This document shows, one piece after another, positions 55,163 through 64,000 of a DNA stretch of 64,000 nt. The position numbers were made by a program, and so were the translations under genes. The notes beneath the pieces are model-generated. The model had not been told where the DNA came from. It did no database searches and worked only from the letters and a program-made list of their open reading frames with translations. Source of the stretch: Octopus vulgaris (taxonomy: Eukaryota); contig OX597840.1 in the NCBI GenBank assembly GCA_951406725.2, positions 33,914,001-33,978,000 of the forward strand. The letters are read 5' to 3'. How positions within the stretch are numbered: position 1 is the first letter of the stretch; every line of letters begins with the position of its first letter.

Positions 55163-55511
55163 TTGATGATGATGACGATGATGAGGAGGAGGAGGACGGT
55201 GGTGGTGGTGGTGGTGGTGGTGATGACGGTGGTGGTGGTGGTGGTGATGATGATGGTGGTGATGGTGGTGGTAGTGGTGGTGGTGGTGGTGGTGGTAGTG
55301 GTGGTGGTGGTGGTGGTGGTGGTGGTGGTTGTGGTGGTGATGATGATGGTGGTGGTGGTGGTTGTGGTGTTGGTGGTGGTGGTTGTGGTGGTGGTGGTGG
55401 TGGTGGCTGTGGTGGTGGTGGCGATGATGATGATGATGGTGGTGGTGGTAGTGGTGGTGGTGGTGGTTGTGGTTGTGGTGATGATGATGATGGTGGTGGT
55501 GGTGGTGGTGA

Positions 55512-55545
<34 letters not shown>

Positions 55546-55800
55546 GGTGGTGGTTGTGGTGGCGGTGATAATGATGATGATGATGCTGGTGGTGGTGGTG
55601 GTGGTGGTGGTGATGATGGTGGTGGTGGCGGTGGTGGTGGTGGTGGTAATGATGATGATGACGATGATGATGATGATGATGATGATGTTGATGATGGTGA
55701 TGGTGGTGGTGGTGATGATGGTGGTGGTGGTGGTGGTGGTGGTGGTGGTTGTGGTGGTGGTGATGATGATGATGATGACGATGTTGGTGTTGTTGTTGTA
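55163..55800. repeat. (GGT/GAT)n microsatellite
   Basis: Direct reading. Confidence 0.97.
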
Positions 55801-56699
55801 GAGGTGTCGATGATTACAAGCAGAGAAATTTATCAAGATTGAACATCGAGTGTTTATTACTTTGCATTTGTCAGAGAGGGACGACACCTGCCACTCCGAC
55901 CATTGGTCAAAAGTGGGAAGGAAACCCGTTCTTAGAACTAACCAAATGCCGTACTTAGAGAGATAACAAAAAAAACCCCACCAAGGTGGGAGTTGTGCTC
56001 CATGTTTGAGACAACGTCCGACACGCCTTGACTTCATCTGATAAATTACAAATTATCACGATAATTGCATGATTCGGAGAAATGTTATGGGTAGATATAT
56101 CTTGTTTCTTGTGAAACGGTTATTTGTCGATTGGGGTGAGGTTGGAGGATAGCAAAAGTAGAAATTAGATTGAAGCCTTTAATTCTTTAGGAACCGAAAG
56201 AAGAAGGTTTTAGAATTGTCCATATTTGAACAAGATAGTATATAATCTGATTCTCGTTGATTTATTCAGGAATTCTGATACAATGGTAAGTGCGTTGCTA
56301 AGATTTTACAATTAACATCGATCTTCAATCGCTAACGTGTTTTGTAGGGTGAGAATCGAGATAAAATGTCTTAATGAACCATTTTATCATTCAAAGTAGC
56401 AAATATCACTTCAGTCGATATGTTGTCTTGAAAAGAAGGAAACATCGACGAAGTTCCATTTTCTTTCGCTTGAGTCTGTCAATGTTGCTTTTAAGTAAAC
56501 ACTTCAACAAATTGAACCTCATTAATATTGCAAGAGACGGAAGGATTAAACCTTAGGTCAGGCACGTAACATTATGTAAATACGCGAACGAAGTTAACGC
56601 TGTAAGTATCAGGAATGCTGAGGGTTTAAGAAAGAGAATTATCGGTTTTTAACATTATTCGAAAACCATAAAATTTTTGGGAGGATAATTCACAGAATA

Positions 56700-57192
56700 T
56701 ATATTTCTTTACAACCCACAAGGGGCTAAACACAGAGGGGACAAACGAGGACAGACAAAGGGATTAAGTCGATTGCCTCGACACCAGTGCGTAACTGGTA
56801 CTTATTTAATCGACCCCGAAAGGATGAATGGCAAAGTCGACCTTGGCGGAATTTGAACTCAGAACGTAACGGCAGACGAAAAATACCTATTTCTTTACTA
56901 ACCACAAGGGGCTAAACACAGAGGGGACAAACAAGGACAGACAAAGGGATTAAGTCGATTACATCGACCCCAGTGCGTAACTGGTACTTTATTTATCGAC
57001 CCCGAAAGGATGAAATACGGATTAAGTCGATTAAATCGGCCCCAGTGCGTAACTGGTACTTATTTAATCGACCCTGAAAGGATGAAAGGCAAAGTCGACC
57101 TCGGCGGAATTTGAACTCAGAACGTAACGGCGGACGAAATACGGCTACGCATTTCGTGCGGTGTTATAACGTTTCTACCAGCTCACCGCCCT
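56700..57192 (-). mobile_element. SINE family A multimer
   Basis: Same unit and junction as other family A arrays. Confidence 0.85.
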
Positions 57193-57284
57193 TAATTCAC
57201 AGAATATAGCAAGTATTTTATCGATCCTAGAAAGATGAACAATTCGAGCATGAGTTTCACCGAAATAAGGGCAATAGTCCAGTG

Positions 57285-58304
57285 CAGTGGTTTTCAACCA
57301 GGGTTTCGCGGAACCTTAGGGTTCCGCTAGTACAGTGCAGGGGTTCCGCAAGAAGTTACAAAACTGCTAAAATCGGCAGTAATTTTTAAGTCTCCTGTGC
57401 AGATATGTGTACATAAGACTATTAAATTATTGCACAGGAGTTCCTCGAGCCAGTGGAATGTTTCCTTGGGGTTCCGCTCCAACAAAAAGTTTGAAAAGCA
57501 CTGATGTATATGTATGTGTGTATATATGTGCATATGTATATGTATGTATATCAGTGGTTTTCAACCAGGGTTCCGCGGAACCTTAGGGTTCCGCCAGTAC
57601 AGTGCAGAGGTTCCGCAAGAAGTTACAAAACTGCTAAAATCGGCAGTAATTTTTAAGTCTCCTGTGCAGATATGTGTACATAAGACTATTAAATTATTGC
57701 ACAGGAGTTCCTCGAGCCAGTGGAATGTTTCCTTGGGGTTCCGCTCCAACAAAAAGTTTGAAAAGCACTGATGTATATGTATGTGTGTATATATGTGCAT
57801 ATGTATATGTATGTATATCAGTGGTTTTCAACCAGGGTTCCGCGGAACCTTAGGGTTCCGCCAGTACAGTGCAGGGGTTCCGCAAGAAGTTACAAAACTG
57901 CTAAAATCGGCAGTAATTTTAAAGTCTCCTGTGCAGATATGTGTACATAAGACTATTAAATTATTGCACAGGAGTTCCTCGAGCCAGTGGAATGTTTCCT
58001 TGGGGTTCCGCTCCAACAAAAAGTTTGAAAAGCACTGATGTATATGTATGTGTGTATATATGTGCATATGTATATGTATGTATATCAGTGGTTTTCAACC
58101 AGGGTTCCGCGGAACCTTAGGGTTCCGCCAGTACAGTGCAGGGGTTCCGCAAGAAGTTACAAAACTGCTAAAATCGGCAGTAATTTTAAAGTCTCCTGTG
58201 CAGATATGTGTACATAAGACTATTAAATTATTGCACAGGGGTTCCTCGAGCCAGTGGAATGTTTCCTTGGGGTTCCGCTCCAGCAAAAAGTTTGAAAAGC
58301 ACTG
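57285..58304. mobile_element. Tetramer of a 219-bp hAT-type MITE (267-bp period)
   Basis: TIR CAGTG.TTTTCAA; units start at 57285, 57552, 57819, 58086; outer 8-bp TSD GTCCAGTG. Confidence 0.9.
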
Positions 58305-58390
58305 GTCCAGTGAGCTACTGTTTCTGTTATTCCACCAACTTAACCGCTTAACATATTATCCCGTATATTTCCATTCTGATATGTCTAGCA

Positions 58391-59481
58391 AATATATTCT
58401 GTTGTGTCTGGGGAGAGTCATTTTGTTTTTGTGCCTTATAATTTAACACACTCACCGGTAAAATTTCCACTTATTTCTTATTTTTATTTCCCTAAAATTT
58501 TCGTTGCGTCTTGCAACCTTTTCAATAGTCTTGACTCTTATTTAGAAAATAAAAATAAGAAATAAGTGGAAATTTTACCGGTGTGTGTGTTAAATAATAA
58601 GGCACTAAAAGAGAATGCCTCTCCCCAGACACAACAGAGTTAGAATGTTGTTTCACTTCATAGAAGCAAAACATTCTCGTCAGAGACTTGCAGTTCCACC
58701 CGAACTTACCATAAAAATGGTCTTGCAAAATTACAAAGGTGGTTACTTATAAACCGCAGTGTTCTACACACATGGCAACAATGACTGAATATCTTTTCAT
58801 TTCTTGTGTTAGTGTTTTATCCTAAATGAAGGATCAGAGAGAAATCGAAACCTTTTAATAGGCTTGAAGAAAGTAATAAACAGATCATAGACTATTTTGA
58901 TGTGTCTGGGGACAGTCATTTTGTTTTAGTGCCTTATAATTTAACACACTCACCGGTGAAATTTCCACTTATTTCTTATTTTTATTTTCCTAAAATTTTC
59001 GTTGCGTCTTGCAACCTTTTCAATAGTCTTGACTCTGTCCGTTATTTACACTGCGTTCCTTTTTCCTTGTTTGTGCGCATGTGTGTGGGTCAGTGTGTGT
59101 GTGCCTATGCATGCCTGTACGTATGTATGTATGTGTGTATGTATGCATGTGTATATATGTATATATATGTGTGTGTACATCTGTATGTATTTACCGGTGA
59201 TTGTGTTACATAAGGCACAAAAAGAAAATTACTCTCCCCAGACACAACAGAATATGCTTCAACACACGAACTTATATAAAGAATCTTGTGAACCAAATCC
59301 CAAAACGAAATTATATATATGTATATATTCTGTTGTGTCTGGGGAGAGTCATTTTCTTCTCGTGCCTTATAATGTAACACACTCACTGGTAAAATTTCCA
59401 CTTATTTCTTATTTTTACCGGTGAGTGTGTTACATTATAAGGCAAAAAAGAAAATGACTCTCCCCAGACACAACAGAATAT
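58391..59481. repeat. Cluster of three fold-back repeats of one family
   Basis: TTCTGTTGTGTCTGGGGAGAGTCATT...CTCCCCAGACACAACAGAA inverted pairs. Confidence 0.75.
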
Positions 59482-59967
59482 GCTTCAACACACGAACTCA
59501 TATAAAGAATCTTGCAAACCAAATCCAAAAACGAAATAGTAAATATATATTTGAACGAAACTATACGTTTACTGTACCCCGAAGTATCTGTCACTTATTT
59601 TAAACCCGAAATACTTCATTCGTGATGTTATTTCCAGTTTTCTATCATTAATTTATCAGCAGTTATCATTTCTATCAGTAACTTCGTTATAAACCCTTCA
59701 GGAACCCAAATTATTTGTGTATTTATTCATCCTTATATACAGATTCAAAATAAATGATAAAAAATATTTGTTTTTTGCAAGGAAATTGAAAAAAAATGTG
59801 TACATTAAGAGGTTACACAATACAAGCCAATACACAACTTTGTATGTAACCACTCAATCCGACAACGGGGCCATGACCATCCCATCTGATAAAAAACTTC
59901 ATAGTTATAGCTGAAAAACTTTTGATCCTTGCCCTGCTAAATCAAGGCTCACTCTAGTCGAGAATTA

Positions 59968-60542
59968 TTGGGTTGTCCGGAAAGTTCGTGCCGATTTATA
60001 GTAGCTTACATTTCGACTTATTTTAGAACATGGTTGAGTCAATAAAATAGGATTTGACTACACCTCCATTTAGAGCACAGTTTAAGCTATCTTTTCGTGG
60101 AAGAAGGTTTATGTTCCTATAACCTGTGTTAATTCTGTAACCCTTTAAAATGGAAGATAAGAAAGTTCATTTTCGGCACTTGATGCTTTTCTTTTTTCCG
60201 TAAAGGGAAAAATGCCTTACAAGCAACCAAAGAAATATGCGCAGTTTACGGTGATGTTTCTTTATCCGAAAGAACTGTACAGAAGTGGTTCGCAAGGTTC
60301 CGACCTGGAGATTGTAGCCTTATTGATAAAGAGCAATCAGGCAGACCATCCACTACAGATGATGACCAAATCAAGTCATTAATTGAGAATAGCCCACATT
60401 GCACAACCCGAGAATTGGCAGAAAGCCTCAACCTGTCAAAATCCGTCGTTCATGAGCACCTGGTAAAACTTGGGTAATGGCAAGTGTTTACTGACCTTTT
60501 TCTTTCCTTTAAAAATCAGCACGAACATTCCAGACAACCTAA
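59968..60542 (+). mobile_element. Internally deleted mariner with both TIRs
   Basis: TA|TTGGGTTGTCCGGAAAGTTCGTG ... CACGAACATTCCAGACAACCTAA|TA; remnant MEDKKVHFRH...WFARFRPGD..SGRPS..TTRELAE. Confidence 0.9.
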
Positions 60543-60687
60543 TAATAAGGGTCAGGTATGTTAGTGTGGTTAAGACATCTGCTGTGCAGTCAGCTAGCCC
60601 AAGGTTTCAATCCCATTTCAGAGTACATGCATTGGACAAATAGCCTTTTTCTTTTGCCTTAGATTGATCAATATGTTGTGACTGGAA

Positions 60688-60918
60688 GGCAGCGAGCTGG
60701 TAGAAACGTTAGCGCACCGGGCGAAATGCGTAGCCGTATTTCGTCTGCCGTTACGTTCTGAGTTCAAATTCCACCGAGGTCGACTTTGCCTTTCATCCTT
60801 TCGGGGTCGATTAAATAAGTACTAGTTACGCACTGGGGTCGATATAATCGACTTAATCCGTTTGCCTGTCCTTGTTTGTCCTCTCTGTGTTTAGCCCCTT
60901 GTGGGTAGCAAAGAAATA
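60688..60918 (+). mobile_element. SINE family A monomer
   Basis: Complete head and body ending AAAGAAATA. Confidence 0.87.
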
Positions 60919-61225
60919 GTTATAACTCTATGGATCGTTTCTTCTGGAATGGTGAAATGTGATTTCTTCTTGTGGGGATAGTTAAAATCAAAAGTATTCA
61001 GTCATCGCCTTCGATCTATCGATGAAATAGCAACCATGTGGGTAAATTTAAAAAGAAGGGCCCTTATATACATGTGTGTGTGGGTGTGGGTGTGTGTGAT
61101 ATGCGTTGTCATGATAGCTTCTGAAAGACAGTTCTACTCAACCACAAGCCTGGTTACGGAGGTGCTTCGTCCACGAAAGTGATATCCAGCATGATCTCTG
61201 GTGTACCATGTGTAGCAGAGTTTAT

Positions 61226-62007
61226 GTATTTCTTTACTACCCTCAAGGGGCTAAACACAGAGGGGACAAACAAGGACAGATAAAGGGATTAAGTCGATTA
61301 CATCGACCCCAGTGCGTAACTGGTACTTAGTTTATCGACCCCGAAAGGATGAAAGGCAAAGTCGACCTCGGCGGAATTTGAATTCAGAACGTAGCGGCAG
61401 ACGAAATACCTATTTCTTTACTATACACAAGGGGCTAAACATAGAAGGGACAAACAAGGACAGACAAAGGGATTAAGTCGATTACATCGACCCCAGTGCG
61501 TAACTGGTACTTAATTTATCGACCCCGAAAGGATGAAAGGCAAAGTCGACCTCGGCGGAATTTGAACTCAGAACGTAGCGGCAGACGAAATACCTATTTC
61601 TTTACTGCCCACAAGGGGCTAAACATAGAAGGGACAAACAAGGACAGACAAAGGGATTAAGTCGATTACATCGACCCCAGTGCGTAACTGGTACTTAATT
61701 TATCGACCCCGAAAGGATGAAAGGCAAAGTCGACCTCGGCGGAATTTGAACTCAGAACGTAGCGGCAGACGAAATACCTATTTCTTTACTGCCCACAAGG
61801 GGCTAAACATAGAAGGGACAAACAAGGACAGACAAAGGGATTAAGTCGATTACATCGACCCCAGTGCGTAACTGGTACTTAATTTATCGACCCGAAAGGA
61901 TGAAAGGCAAAGTCGACCTCGGCGGAATTTGAACTCGGAACGTAACGACAGACGAAATACGGCTACGAATTTCGCCCCCGGCGTGCTAACGTTTCTGCCA
62001 GCTCGCC
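61226..62007 (-). mobile_element. SINE family A multimer (4 near-identical units)
   Basis: About 179-bp period. Confidence 0.9.
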
Positions 62008-62267
62008 GGTAGAAACTCGTAACAGAGTATATGGGTCGGTCAGTGGACGTACTCGGCGTTGTAGGCTCCCAAATCCAGATGATCAGGTTGCTGCTGCCGG
62101 TGGGGGGTGGGGGATGACTTGTGGTCGGAGTGGAATGACTTGCAACTCCCTCGTAGGCCGAAGGATCCATTGAAGCTGGGATCAGTGATGGGGGAGACTA
62201 AACTTGAGATGCTTCTTAGAGTGAACTGGGCATAGGAAGTGGTCTTACATAGTCTGGAGTCAACTTC

Positions 62268-62773
62268 TATGTATGTATGTATGTATGTATGTATGTATGT
62301 ATGTATGTATGTATGTATGTATGTATGTATGTATGTATGTGTGTATGTATGTATGTATGTATGTATGTATGTATGTATGTATGTGTGTATGTATGTGTGT
62401 GTATGTATGTATGTATGAGTGCATGTATGCATGTATGTATGTATCTGTGTATGTATGTGTGTATGTATATATGTATGTATGAATGTATGTATGTATGTAT
62501 GTGTGTATGTATGTATGTATGTATGTATGCGTGTATGTATGTATGTATGTATGTATGTATGTATGTATGTATGTATGTGTGTATGTATATATGTATGTAT
62601 GTGTGTATGTATGTATGTATGTGTGTATGTATGTATGTATGAATGTATGTATGTATGTATGTATGTATGTATGTGTGTATGTATGTATGTATGTATGTAT
62701 GTATGTATGTATGTATGTGTGTATGTATGTATGTATGTATGTATGTATGTATGTATGTATGTATGTGTGTATG

Positions 62774-62807
<34 letters not shown>

Positions 62808-63861
62808 TGTATGTATGTATGTATGTGTGTATGTATATATGTATGTATGTGTGTATGTATGTATGTATGTGTGTATGTATGTATGTATGTATGTATGTAT
62901 GTATGTATGTATGTATGTATGTATGTATGTATGTATGTATGTATGTATGTATGTATGTGTGTATGTATGTATGTATGTGTGTATGTATGTATGTATGTGT
63001 GTATGTATATATGTATGTATGAATGTATGTATGTATGTATGCATGTATGAATGTATGTATGTATGTATGTATGTATGTATGTATGTATGTGTGTATGTAT
63101 GTATGTATGTATGTATGTATGTATGTATGTATGTATGTATGTATGTATGTGTGTATGTATGTGTGTGTATGTATGTATGTATGTATGTATGTATGAGTGC
63201 ATGTATGCATGTATGTATGTATCTGTGTATGTATGTGTGTATGTATATATGTATGTATGAATGTATGTATGTATGTATGCATGTATGAATGTATGTATGT
63301 ATGTATGTGTGTATGTATGTATGTATGTATGTATGTATGTATGTATGTATGTATGTATGTATGTATGTATGTGTGTATGTATGAATGTATGTATGTATGT
63401 ATGTGTGTATGTATGTATGTATGTGTGTATGTATATATGTATGTATGAATGTATGTATGTATGTATGCATGTATGAATGTATGTATGTATGTATGTGTGT
63501 ATGTATGTATGTATGTATGTATGTATGTATGTGTGTATGTATGAATGTATGTATGTATGTATGTGTGTATGTATGTATGTATGTGTGTATGTATATATGT
63601 ATGTATGAATGTATGTATGTATGTATGCATGTATGAATGTATGTATGTATGTATGTGTGTATGTATGTATGTATGTATGTATGCATGTATGAATGTATGT
63701 ATGTATGTATGTGTGTATGTATGTATGTATGTATGTATGTATGTATGTATGTATGTATGTATGTATGCATGTATGAATGTATGTATGTATGTCTGTATGC
63801 ATGTATGCATGTATGTATGTATGCATGTATGTATGTATGTATGTATGTATATATATGTATG
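62268..63861. repeat. (ATGT)n microsatellite, about 1.6 kb
   Basis: Direct reading. Confidence 0.98.
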
Positions 63862-64000
63862 TTCTTCTCTTTCTCTTTCTGATTTTAGAGTAAATGTTGA
63901 CCAGCCACCTACTTGGAAGCAAGGCTCTCTTTACTCTCTTTTACTTGTTTCAGTCATTTGACTGCGGCCATGCTGCAGCACCGCCTTTATTGGCTATGGA

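Noticed and set aside
54841-56037. 398-aa Thr/Ile-rich ORF that looks like a mucin PTS domain
   Set aside because: Translation of a GGT/GAT microsatellite upstream of the signal-peptide exon; the repeat has almost no Pro/Ser and no splice support
61226-62007. CRISPR-like regular repeats
   Set aside because: Whole 179-bp units repeat with no unique spacers; eukaryotic SINE context, no cas genes
62040-63961. ORFs of more than 500 aa (HTYI/MYVC repeats)
   Set aside because: (ATGT)n microsatellite that is open in several frames

Overview
AT-rich eukaryotic DNA packed with microsatellites and SINEs; the repeat families suggest a cephalopod, probably Octopus (inference). It holds the 5' part of one large minus-strand gene. 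I traced 18 coding exons by hand (ATG at 54325, running off the window at base 1; 2899 nt, about 966 codons), all with GT-AG introns and consistent phases. The protein reads signal peptide - EMI-like - EGF - six-Cys TB/follistatin-N-like - VWD-C8-TIL-VWC - VWD-C8-TIL-VWC - TIL start, which best fits an SCO-spondin-like gel-forming glycoprotein. Introns and upstream DNA carry tRNA-derived SINEs, mariner, pogo, hAT and piggyBac-type MITEs, Helitrons, RTE and R4 LINE fragments, a mini LTR element and Penelope-like remnants. Highlights: about a dozen hammerhead ribozyme motifs (some near-intact and sense to the pre-mRNA); SINE multimers joined at a fixed self-complementary junction; a hAT MITE tetramer with two different target-site duplications; and a SINE head with swappable tails. 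Most long ORFs in the supplied track are microsatellite artefacts. All calls are by eye with no database searches, and repeat boundaries are approximate.
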